A stretch of 50,379 nucleotides of DNA from an uncultured Candidatus Saccharibacteria bacterium. Its GTDB lineage: Bacteria; Patescibacteriota; Minisyncoccia; Phycocordibacterales; UBA2100. Below the pieces are notes generated by a model. The model was not told where the DNA came from. It made no database searches and saw only the letters and a list, made by a program, of their open reading frames with translations. Positions within the stretch are counted from its first letter, which is position 1; every line of letters begins with the position of its first letter. Below, one piece after another: positions 8,209 to 15,714 of the stretch. The position numbers and the translations under genes were made by a program. The stretch covers positions 1 through 50,379 of the forward strand of contig CAZPQI010000002.1 of the NCBI GenBank assembly GCA_964589005.1. The letters run 5' to 3'.

Positions 8209-8591
8209 TGAAATATCTTGGAATCGATTATGGTACTAAAAAAGTAGGCCTTGCTCTTTCTGACGATGGGGGATCTTTAGCATTCCCACATTCTGTTATT
8301 CCGAGCGACGGGAGCTTGTTTGAAACAGTTGAGAGTCTTTTAAAAGAGAATGATATACAACGTGTTGTTATTGGGCACTCAGTGGCACATGATGGAAGCG
8401 AGAATCCAGTTATGCAAGGGGCACACGAATTTAAAAATCGATTGGAGAGTGAGAATTATGTTGTGTACCTCGAGCCCGAATTCTTAACTACGTTTCAAGC
8501 AAAAAGAAATACTGAAGACGCCATGGCTGACGCATCTGCGGCGGCACTTATTTTACAAAGTTTTCTTGATAGAGATACGAAGAAAGTTTAA
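8208..8591 (+). CDS. ruvX: Holliday junction resolvase-like / pre-16S rRNA nuclease YqgF (RuvX)
   Basis: MKYLGIDYGTKKVGLALSD N-terminus and a size of 127 aa are typical of YqgF. Confidence 0.85.
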   Translation: MKYLGIDYGTKKVGLALSDDGGSLAFPHSVIPSDGSLFETVESLLKENDIQRVVIGHSVAHDGSENPVMQGAHEFKNRLESENYVVYLEPEFLTTFQAKRNTEDAMADASAAALILQSFLDRDTKKV

Positions 8592-8601
8592 GATAGTAGT
8601 T

Positions 8602-8934
8602 ATGAAAAACGAAATAACAATCGATGATTTTACCAAGATAGATATTCGCATTGGGACTATTGTTGCAACTGAGCTCGTGCCCGAAACCGATAAGCTTGTA
8701 AAGTGTACGGTCGACTTTGGTGAAGAAGAACCACGAACAATTGTGTCGGGAATTGCGCAACTGCGCAATTATGAAGATTTAGTTGGAAAACAGTTGCCCT
8801 ATATTGTGAATCTAGCACCACGTACTATAAAAGGAGTGGAGAGCAATGGAATGTTACTCGCGGTCGGCGATGACGACTCATTTGCACTTTTGCATCCCGA
8901 TATAACGGTTCCTGCGGGAACTTCAGGAAAATAG
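8602..8934 (+). CDS. tRNA-binding domain protein (CsaA / EMAP-II-like OB fold)
   Basis: DFTKIDIRIGTIVATELVPETDKLVKCTVDFGEE.PRTIVSGI...LAPRTIKGVESNGMLLA is the classical tRNA-binding OB domain. Start taken at MKNEI. Confidence 0.8.
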   Translation: MKNEITIDDFTKIDIRIGTIVATELVPETDKLVKCTVDFGEEEPRTIVSGIAQLRNYEDLVGKQLPYIVNLAPRTIKGVESNGMLLAVGDDDSFALLHPDITVPAGTSGK

Positions 8935-8935
8935 T

Positions 8936-9535
8936 ATGGGAGAGCACACACAAGAACAACTGCGCAGTGCACGTGATTGGTTTGCTCGCAAGGCCGATAC
9001 GGCCTACGCTCGGTGGTGGCTCGCAGTTTTTTCGTTTACCGAAAGTAGTATTTTTATAATTTTACCGGATCCACTATTGGCGGCAATGGTATTTGTACAA
9101 AAAGAAAGGTGGGTTAGATATGCAGTAATAACTTCAGCAGCATCTGTTGCAGGTGCGGTGTTTGGCTACTTTATCGGAGCAGTACTGTTTGAAGTAGTGG
9201 GTGCCCGAATCGTTGAAATGTATGGACTACAAGAATATATGGACACCACCACTAAACTTATGCGCGACAATGTATTTATATTTACTCTCACTGCAGCGTT
9301 TACACCGATACCGTTTAAGGCTGTTGTGTTTACTGCAGGATTTACAAAAGCAAACTTTATAATATTTTTTATCGCTACGGTAATAGGGCGCAGTGCTCGG
9401 TATTTTTTTGTAGCCTTTATCGCAAAAATTTTAGGAGAAAATTCAGAACATATTATAAAACGATTTTGGTGGTACTCCATGGTTATGGGTATTTTAATTT
9501 TTGGAATTTTTATAGCGTATTCACTTCTCAATTAG
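8936..9535 (+). CDS. YqaA/DedA-type (SNARE-associated) membrane protein
   Basis: Multi-TM, 199 aa. WWLAVFSFTESSIFIILPDPLLAAMV resembles the YqaA family. Confidence 0.65.
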   Translation: MGEHTQEQLRSARDWFARKADTAYARWWLAVFSFTESSIFIILPDPLLAAMVFVQKERWVRYAVITSAASVAGAVFGYFIGAVLFEVVGARIVEMYGLQEYMDTTTKLMRDNVFIFTLTAAFTPIPFKAVVFTAGFTKANFIIFFIATVIGRSARYFFVAFIAKILGENSEHIIKRFWWYSMVMGILIFGIFIAYSLLN

Positions 9536-9584
9536 TCGTGCATAACGACTCAGGACTATAATTGATGGTGGTATACTTACATAC

Positions 9585-10670
9585 ATGCAGGGTCTGCATA
9601 CAAATAGAATTGCAGCGCTCTTTCCGCCGCCAGAGTTTCTTGCGATGCCTTCAGCTGGTATCGATATTTCGGACACCTCCATTAAATATGTTGATGCAAC
9701 ATACTCTCGTGCAGGCTTAGTTCCGCGAGTATTTGACTCAATAAGACTTCCTAAGGGGATAGTGACCGATGGAGTTGTATCAAATGTTCCCGAGCTTGCA
9801 AAAGCGCTACGAGAATTACGCGGACAAAATGACCGACAGTTTGCCAATGTGTCACTTCCTGAAGAATTAGTATATTTGTATACACTAGAAGTTCCCACAG
9901 CGCACAAACATGAAGATATTTTGCAAATAGTCGAGTTCTCGCTAAGCGAACACGTTCCTATTCCTGTTGGTAATGCCGTTTTTAATTATGACGTCATGCG
10001 CAAACATGGTGATGTAACGGAAATAAGTGTCACCGTTTTTCCTAAAGATGTTATCGAAGGATACAAGCAAGCATTTGAGGAAAGTGGTTTTAAAGTAAAA
10101 GGATTTGAGCTCGAAGCTCAGTCGGTTGCACGATCTATTATTCCGACAGGTTCAGTTGGTGTGTCTATGGTTATTGATTTTGGGCGAACACGCACAGGAA
10201 TTACTATTGCGTTGGGGCAGGTACCTATTTTTAGCACAACAGTAAAAATTGGGGGAAATGCGCTTACTGAGGCGATTATGGAACATTATTCGGTTTCCGA
10301 AGACGATGCCGATGAAATAAAACGACAGCAAGGAATATCTGAATGTGAAGACGAAGAGCTTTGTAAAAATCTCATGGACACCACAACTGCACTTATAGAC
10401 GAAATTCGACGACACTATCGGTATTGGGACACACGCCGTGACGAAGACGGAAATAAAATTGCAGGAATAGAAAGAATTTTTCTCTGTGGAGGAGCGGTGG
10501 GGTTAAAGGGTTTACCTGAGCATGTATCGGGAGTACTACAAGTACCGGTTCGCTTGGGTAATGTGTGGGGCAACATGTTTAACCTTAATGAACATATACC
10601 AAAAGTGTCTCGTGTTATTTCTTGGCAGTACGCCACGTCCACGGGATTATTGTTACGGGATGTGATGTAG
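9585..10670 (+). CDS. pilM: Type IV pilus assembly protein PilM (actin-like ATPase fold)
   Basis: AGIDISDTSIKYV, VIDFGRTRTGITI and IFLCGGAVGLKGL match the PilM/FtsA-like phosphate and adenosine motifs. PilN/O-like bitopic proteins follow. Confidence 0.75.
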   Translation: MQGLHTNRIAALFPPPEFLAMPSAGIDISDTSIKYVDATYSRAGLVPRVFDSIRLPKGIVTDGVVSNVPELAKALRELRGQNDRQFANVSLPEELVYLYTLEVPTAHKHEDILQIVEFSLSEHVPIPVGNAVFNYDVMRKHGDVTEISVTVFPKDVIEGYKQAFEESGFKVKGFELEAQSVARSIIPTGSVGVSMVIDFGRTRTGITIALGQVPIFSTTVKIGGNALTEAIMEHYSVSEDDADEIKRQQGISECEDEELCKNLMDTTTALIDEIRRHYRYWDTRRDEDGNKIAGIERIFLCGGAVGLKGLPEHVSGVLQVPVRLGNVWGNMFNLNEHIPKVSRVISWQYATSTGLLLRDVM

Positions 10671-10683
10671 TTTTCTAGTATAT

Positions 10684-11235
10684 ATGGCAAATGTATTACC
10701 AATAAAAGATAGAAGAATATTCCGCCGAAATTATTGGCTACGGTTGTTTGTAACTTCTTCAGTAATGATTACATCCGCAATTACTGTTGGAATTGTCGCG
10801 CTTGTACCTTCGTATATTTCAGCAAAAGCAGAGCTCGCGGAAACTACTCAATACAGTGAGTTACAAGATGATGTACGTGTAGCAGATACAGTAGGTACCT
10901 CAATGGTGAGTGCTCGTTTGGCGAATGTTCAAATAAGTGAACTTACTAACGCTCTAGATATAAGTGCGGATAGGGCAATTGATTTGGTTATGAGGGACTG
11001 GTCGACTCACGCTGATAACGTAATCATTAGCGGGTTTGCATATGCAGTAACAAAAGAAAAAGAAGTGACAGTTTCTACGTTGCGGGTATCGGGTGAAGCC
11101 CTCGATAGGGCAACGCTTAATGCGTTTGTGCAAACATTGAGATCGGACCCTGCTCTTTCGGAAGTGTCGTTTCCTATTTCTGATTTAGCAGGTGGAGGTA
11201 CTCTGGATTTTTCGCTTGTAGTGAAGTTTAAATAA
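10684..11235 (+). CDS. PilN-like bitopic membrane protein
   Basis: Short basic N-terminus (NVLPIKDRRIFRRNYW), a single TM, a periplasmic domain, and position directly after pilM. Confidence 0.5.
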   Translation: MANVLPIKDRRIFRRNYWLRLFVTSSVMITSAITVGIVALVPSYISAKAELAETTQYSELQDDVRVADTVGTSMVSARLANVQISELTNALDISADRAIDLVMRDWSTHADNVIISGFAYAVTKEKEVTVSTLRVSGEALDRATLNAFVQTLRSDPALSEVSFPISDLAGGGTLDFSLVVKFK

Positions 11236-11236
11236 T

Positions 11237-11791
11237 ATGAATCTTTTCAAACACAGCACACCCTTAATGATACTTGTTGGAGTAAGTCTGGTTGCCCTGG
11301 CGATTTCGTCCGCAACGTATATGTGGCTGTTTATAAAAGTAAATGACACGATACGCGAAGTCGCTATTGTTTCAGAAAGTGCACAACTTCTTTCTGCTCA
11401 AAATGCGTATACACAAACAATTCGTAAGATAGTACGTGACACAAGCTCCGAGCGAGATAAAATAAATTCATATTTCGTAACTGATGAAGGACTCGTTTCT
11501 TTTTTAGAGAATATTGAGGGTCTGGGTACACGAGCAGGGGTAAGTCTTGAGGTGCAGTCGGTAAGTGTCGGTGACTCAATAGACAAAGATGGGCTCGTCT
11601 CTCAACTAAGGTTGTCTTTGGAAAGCGAGGGTACGATTAAGGAGATATATTATATTTTGAGTTTGTTAGAAGCCTATCCTAAGGCACTTTCTGTGCGGCG
11701 CGTACAAATGAATCAGCGGTCGGATACGCTTGCATGGGTTGGGACGTTTGATATCGAAGTAATTAAAGTTTCGATGCCAAGTGCAAATTAA
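11237..11791 (+). CDS. PilO-like bitopic membrane protein
   Basis: Single N-terminal TM followed by a coiled-coil-like segment. The call rests mainly on its position after the PilM and PilN-like genes. Confidence 0.4.
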   Translation: MNLFKHSTPLMILVGVSLVALAISSATYMWLFIKVNDTIREVAIVSESAQLLSAQNAYTQTIRKIVRDTSSERDKINSYFVTDEGLVSFLENIEGLGTRAGVSLEVQSVSVGDSIDKDGLVSQLRLSLESEGTIKEIYYILSLLEAYPKALSVRRVQMNQRSDTLAWVGTFDIEVIKVSMPSAN

Positions 11792-11795
11792 TATT

Positions 11796-12131
11796 ATGGA
11801 CTCACTATTAAAACGAATGTATAGGAAATTGTACGAGTATCCTTTTTTCGCTCAAGTATTTACTGTGCTCAAAAAAACTCCTGCGTATGTGCTCCATTGG
11901 TATTTTCTGCTGGTTTTTTGTCTCACATTAGTGATTATTAGTGTCATTCTTGCGTGGGTTTCATTCGAGAGTATTGCTACTAAAACACAGGGGGGATTTA
12001 GCAACACCGCAAAACCTACCACCATACAAAGAGACAAACTAAAAAATGCTTTAGACACATACGAAGCGAAGCAAATAGAATTTGATCGTTTGAAACTTAC
12101 ACCACCTTCTATCGTTGACCCTGGGCGATAG
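11796..12131 (+). CDS. Hypothetical single-TM protein, last gene of the pilM cluster
   Basis: ORF overlaps the end of the preceding gene and has one TM (LHWYFLLVFCLTLVIISVILAWV). Function unknown. Confidence 0.4.
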   Translation: MDSLLKRMYRKLYEYPFFAQVFTVLKKTPAYVLHWYFLLVFCLTLVIISVILAWVSFESIATKTQGGFSNTAKPTTIQRDKLKNALDTYEAKQIEFDRLKLTPPSIVDPGR

Positions 12132-12175
12132 AAAACGTACAGTTCATGCATTGCCTGCCTTGTCGGCAAAAAAAT

Positions 12176-12247
12176 GTCCCCATAGTTTAATGGATAAAAC
12201 AAGAGGCTTCTATCCTCTCGATCTGGGTTCGAGTCCTGGTGGGGGCA
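12176..12247 (+). tRNA. tRNA-Arg (anticodon UCU)
   Basis: Acceptor GUCCCCA/UGGGGGC (one G-U), D arm GUUU-AAUGGAUA-AAAC, anticodon stem AGAGG/CCUCU with loop CUUCUAU, T loop UUCGAGU. Confidence 0.85.
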
Positions 12248-12445
12248 CAGCGGTAAACTAAAATTCGCTCAACTTTTGTTGAGCGAATTTTAGTTTATAA
12301 AGCAAATTGCTTTGCTTTCGACCGCTGTGTCGGGCGGAGCATGTTTTTATGACCCCACGGGAATAAAAACGGCGAGCCGGGGTCGAGCGCACTTAGTATT
12401 TTTGAGTGCAAAGCATGAAGAAAATACTTAGTGACGGGTGACCAC
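12248..12445 (+). repeat. tRNA-3'-linked structured repeat, copy E2 (downstream of tRNA-Arg-UCU)
   Basis: CAGCGGT...ACCGCTG stem enclosing a perfect 19-bp hairpin (12255-12296). This is followed by GTCGGGCGGAGCATGTTTTT...AAAAACGGCGAGCCGGGGTCGAGCGCACTTAGTA...AATACTTAGTGACGGGTGACC, which shares blocks with E1, E3 and E4. Confidence 0.8.
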
Positions 12446-12491
12446 AAGAAAATATTTAGCACTTTGCGACTGTAAGGAGTAAGATACGAGT

Positions 12492-13016
12492 ATGAAAATT
12501 ATCGACCTAACACTCCCACTTTACAGTGGTATGCCAGTTTTCCCTGGTGACCCTGAAGTGTCCATAGAGGTTATCCAGACGATTGCAAAAGACGAATGGG
12601 AAATGCGTCGCTTGGAAATAAGCTCTCATGACGCTACTCATGTAAACATGCCTTCGCATGCGATAGTTGGTGGGGACAATCTTGACGATTACGACTTAAG
12701 TCATTTTATAGGCGATGCTGTGCTTTTTGAGTCAGAAGGTGACATAAAAAAAGATGTAGGTGTGATTTTTCACGACCACGATATTACACAAGAAATTGCA
12801 GAGATAATCGTGCAAAGAAAGCCAAGATTCGTTGGGCTATCGAACCGTTTCGAGTTCGATATTAAGATTGAAAGATTTTTACTCGGAGAAGGGGTAATTT
12901 CGTTTGAAAGATTAACAAATACTGAGCGACTACCAAAACAGTTTATCTTTTACGGAGTCCCACTCAACCTTCCTCAAGGGGACGGCAGTCCTGTGCGTGC
13001 ATTTGCTATAGTTTAG
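12492..13016 (+). CDS. Cyclase-family protein (kynurenine formamidase-like metal hydrolase)
   Basis: MKIIDLTLPLYSGMPVFPGDPEV and SSHDATHVNMPSH (HxxTHxxxPxH metal motif). Confidence 0.75.
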   Translation: MKIIDLTLPLYSGMPVFPGDPEVSIEVIQTIAKDEWEMRRLEISSHDATHVNMPSHAIVGGDNLDDYDLSHFIGDAVLFESEGDIKKDVGVIFHDHDITQEIAEIIVQRKPRFVGLSNRFEFDIKIERFLLGEGVISFERLTNTERLPKQFIFYGVPLNLPQGDGSPVRAFAIV

Positions 13017-13041
13017 TTGCTAGCATGCTACACTTTCCGCT

Positions 13042-13992
13042 ATGGAATTATTTATTTGGGTAGGAGTACTCCTTGTGTCATTAGCTGTGCTCGTTAAATC
13101 AGCCGATTACTTTACTGTCGCATCCGAACGGCTCGGGCTTTTCTTTGGACTTTCGAGTTTTGTTATCGGCGCAACCATTGTTTCTTTTGGTTCTTCGATG
13201 CCAGAGCTTGCAACAGCACTTTTTGCCATAAAGGCTGGAGTTACTGACTTTGCAATAGATAATATCGTAGGTTCAAATATTGCCAACGCTCTTCTGGTGG
13301 CGGGTATTGCTTCAGTGGCAGTAAAAACTCTTCGTGTGAAAGAACAGCTCATTGATGTAGATGTCCCGTTTTTCTTTATGTCGACGGCAATGTTCATACT
13401 TTTTATAATGGATGGAAAATTTACCGCAGCCGAAGGGGTTGTGAGTTTAGTAATGTTAGGAGTTTTTGTTGTGTACACCATTAGCGCAGGAAGGGATAAT
13501 ATACCTGACCATGATAAAAGTGAGAATACAAAACCAGCGTTAAAAACAGTGTTTCAATCGCTCGGTATAATCGTAGTAAGTATTGTAGTTATTGTTATTT
13601 CCTCTAAATATACTATCGATAGCGTTACTCATATTGCACAGTTAATGAATATTGCCCCTGCAATTATTACTATGCTCGCCGTGGCTTTCGGAACTAGTTT
13701 GCCTGAAATTATAATTTCTGTTCGCGCTGCAATGGCGGGAAGACACTCAATCGCATTGGGAAATATTTTCGGCTCAAATACATTTAATGTGCTTGCAGTA
13801 GCGGGTATCCCTTCGTTTTTTGGCACACTCACTGTTTCTCCTGAAGTTTTTAAAATAGGTTTGCCATTCCTTATTGTTGCATCTCTTGCGTTTATTTTCA
13901 CAACATCAGACGATCGCATTCAAAAATGGGAAGGCCTAGCGTTACTTATTATTTACGTTGCCTTTGTAGGAAAAATAACGGGACTAATTTAA
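13042..13992 (+). CDS. Ca2+/cation antiporter (CaCA, YrbG-like sodium/calcium exchanger membrane protein)
   Basis: Two internal alpha repeats: GATIVSFGSSMPELATAL...GSNIANALLV and AVAFGTSLPEIIISV...GNIFGSNTFNVL. Confidence 0.8.
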   Translation: MELFIWVGVLLVSLAVLVKSADYFTVASERLGLFFGLSSFVIGATIVSFGSSMPELATALFAIKAGVTDFAIDNIVGSNIANALLVAGIASVAVKTLRVKEQLIDVDVPFFFMSTAMFILFIMDGKFTAAEGVVSLVMLGVFVVYTISAGRDNIPDHDKSENTKPALKTVFQSLGIIVVSIVVIVISSKYTIDSVTHIAQLMNIAPAIITMLAVAFGTSLPEIIISVRAAMAGRHSIALGNIFGSNTFNVLAVAGIPSFFGTLTVSPEVFKIGLPFLIVASLAFIFTTSDDRIQKWEGLALLIIYVAFVGKITGLI

Positions 13993-13997
13993 AAAAA

Positions 13998-14030
13998 GAG
14001 CCCACCAAGCTTGATACTTGGCGGGTCTCT
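13998..14030. terminator. Bidirectional hairpin between convergent genes
   Basis: CCCACCAAG-CTTGATA-CTTGGCGGG, flanked by an A run upstream. Confidence 0.55.
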
Positions 14031-14056
14031 AAGGTAAATACATAACATAACAGCCA

Positions 14057-14713
14057 TTAGTCTGCGACTGGGTAGTCGGGATGTTTTTCGCACCATTCTG
14101 CTCCGTGTCCGTAGTCAGTCCGCATAGGAATGCGAGCTTCACACCACGGGCAAGGGGAGTCGTCGGTGGGAGTATGGGGAACCCCGTTGACTTTGCACAG
14201 CGAAAAGAAGTGCCCGACGTCACCGATATCGCCTGCGGTTACATTTCCGCGATTAACGATAGCACCTGCGGCGACAACCGTACCCCCACATTTACGGATT
14301 TCCTCGATAACCGATTTAGTTGAGCCACCGGTTGACCACAGATCTTCGACAACAGCAATACTTTTACCATTTAATTCTTTATCGGCGCCTCTTTTGAATA
14401 CGAACGTACCCCTTCTCTCGCCCTTACTGGCTATGACGTTCAGAACGTGCTTTTTGTTCCAACCATAAAGGGCGAGTGCAGTCATGAGAGCAAAGGGGAC
14501 GGCATTGTCTGCTGGTCCTACTACGATATCCAAGTCTATGTCTTTGAGTCGGTCTGCCATCACGTCGCCGAGAACATCTGCTAACTTTGGTTTCCTAAGA
14601 ATTGTCGCACAATCGATGTAGAAGTTTGAATGACATCCGTTTGTTAATACGAAGTGTCCTTCATGGAAAGAGCCATGCTCTTTGAGCAAGGTAATGATTT
14701 TTTCGGGTTCCAT
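14057..14713 (-). CDS. Type I phosphoribosyltransferase (OPRT-like) with Cys/His-rich C-terminal tail
   Basis: PRPP loop IAVVEDLWSTGGST and OPRT-like N-terminus (GHFVLTNGCHSNFYIDC). Extra tail SPCPWCEARIPMRTDYGHGAEWCEKH. Start at 14713 (GGGAGA Shine-Dalgarno) is preferred over GTG at 14755. Confidence 0.7.
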   Translation of the reverse strand: MEPEKIITLLKEHGSFHEGHFVLTNGCHSNFYIDCATILRKPKLADVLGDVMADRLKDIDLDIVVGPADNAVPFALMTALALYGWNKKHVLNVIASKGERRGTFVFKRGADKELNGKSIAVVEDLWSTGGSTKSVIEEIRKCGGTVVAAGAIVNRGNVTAGDIGDVGHFFSLCKVNGVPHTPTDDSPCPWCEARIPMRTDYGHGAEWCEKHPDYPVAD

Positions 14714-14799
14714 TGATTTTCTCCCGCTTGTTACGTGGTGAATTATTTCAACCACTTCTGTACGCAGAGTAGAGTAGTTTTACTAGGAAAGCAATGGAT

Positions 14800-14831
14800 A
14801 AAAAAACCACCCCTCCTTTGTTGAGGGGTGG
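14800..14831 (-). terminator. Rho-independent terminator of the response-regulator gene
   Basis: CCACCCCTC-AACAAAG-GAGGGGTGG followed by T7 in minus sense. Confidence 0.75.
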
Positions 14832-14858
14832 TGATAGAGTCGACAAAGCCGTTTAAGC

Positions 14859-15221
14859 TTATTTTTTAACCAAAAATTTTAAAAGGAGTTCTCGAGCTAT
14901 CAAATTTCCTTTGTCTTGGAATACGGCGTTTCGTAATTTACAAAATTCTGTTAGATCACCACCGCCACTCATCAAAACAAATTTGGAATTATTGTGAAGT
15001 GGGTGAGCACGTACACGGTCGAGGAAATCCGTACCTTGCATAACGGGCATATCGTTATCCGACAGTATCAAATCAGGCGACTGACTTTGATCTTGGAGCC
15101 ACGCCCACGCCTCTTGTGCGTCGGGAAAGGCATGTATTACGAATTCCATGCGCTCTGCAATCATTACGAATATATCGCGCAAGTCATCGTTGTCTTCAGC
15201 TAGTAGCAGGACCGGTTGCAT
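14859..15221 (-). CDS. Stand-alone response-regulator receiver domain (CheY-like)
   Basis: LLLAEDNDD acidic pocket, phospho-acceptor context LILSDNDMPVMQG, VLMSGGG. There is no output domain and no kinase in the window. Confidence 0.8.
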   Translation of the reverse strand: MQPVLLLAEDNDDLRDIFVMIAERMEFVIHAFPDAQEAWAWLQDQSQSPDLILSDNDMPVMQGTDFLDRVRAHPLHNNSKFVLMSGGGDLTEFCKLRNAVFQDKGNLIARELLLKFLVKK

Positions 15222-15344
15222 AGTATGTTCCTTCCATTTCCGAATAAATCTAGCTCGGATAATACAATAAGAAAATCTATTTGTAAACCTTCAAAATCTT
15301 TTCGTAGGAAGTATTTCATATAACTAAGTTATATGAAAGAAATT

Positions 15345-15525
15345 GGGGACTCGGTCACAGTCACTAAGTATAATTTGCGTGCTTCGCACTTAATTCTACT
15401 AAGTGCTTCGCCCCTGTTTACTTATGAACAGAGTGAATTAGTAGAACAGGAAGTGCCCACGGGGTGCGACCCGGACTCAACGCTTTGCCGTGCTTAAGCA
15501 CGCGCGTTTCCGTCTTTCGAGTCCC
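15345..15525 (-). repeat. tRNA-3'-linked structured repeat, copy E3 (downstream of tRNA-Val)
   Basis: Minus sense reads GGGACTCGAAAGACGGAAACGCGCGTGCTTAAGCACG...GCACTTAGTAGAATTAAGTGC...TATACTTAGTGACTGTGACCGAGTCCC. The terminal stem is GGGACUCG/CGAGUCCC. It carries a 25-nt hairpin module at 15419-15443. Confidence 0.8.
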
Positions 15526-15534
15526 TAAACACTG

Positions 15535-15581
15535 TTGTATAGAAAAAGGTCGTGCGATTAGCACGACCTTTTTCTATACAA
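15535..15581 (-). terminator. Strong hairpin directly 3' of tRNA-Val
   Basis: Perfect 21-bp arms TTGTATAGAAAAAGGTCGTGC / GCACGACCTTTTTCTATACAA. Confidence 0.6.
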
Positions 15582-15583
15582 TG

Positions 15584-15657
15584 TGGGCGTTGAGGGACTC
15601 GAACCCCCGGCCTACTCGGTGTAAACGAGTTGCTCTAGCCAACTGAGCTAAACGCCC
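15584..15657 (-). tRNA. tRNA-Val (anticodon UAC)
   Basis: Acceptor GGGCGUU/AACGCCC, D arm GCUC-AGUUGGCU-AGAGC, anticodon stem ACUCG/CGAGU with loop UUUACAC, T arm GGGGG-UUCGAGU-CCCUC. Confidence 0.9.
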
Positions 15658-15714
15658 TTATTCAGTATGTTATATACTGGTTGTGGCATTATATATAGCT
15701 TCTAGTATATTTCA

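Noticed and set aside
15464-15646. Track ORFs overlapping tRNAs and repeat elements (15464-15646, 19226-19414, 20182-20421, 19985-20173).
   Set aside because: They run through tRNA-Val, tRNA-Leu, tRNA-His or the structured repeats. They have no start context and are explained by those RNA features.
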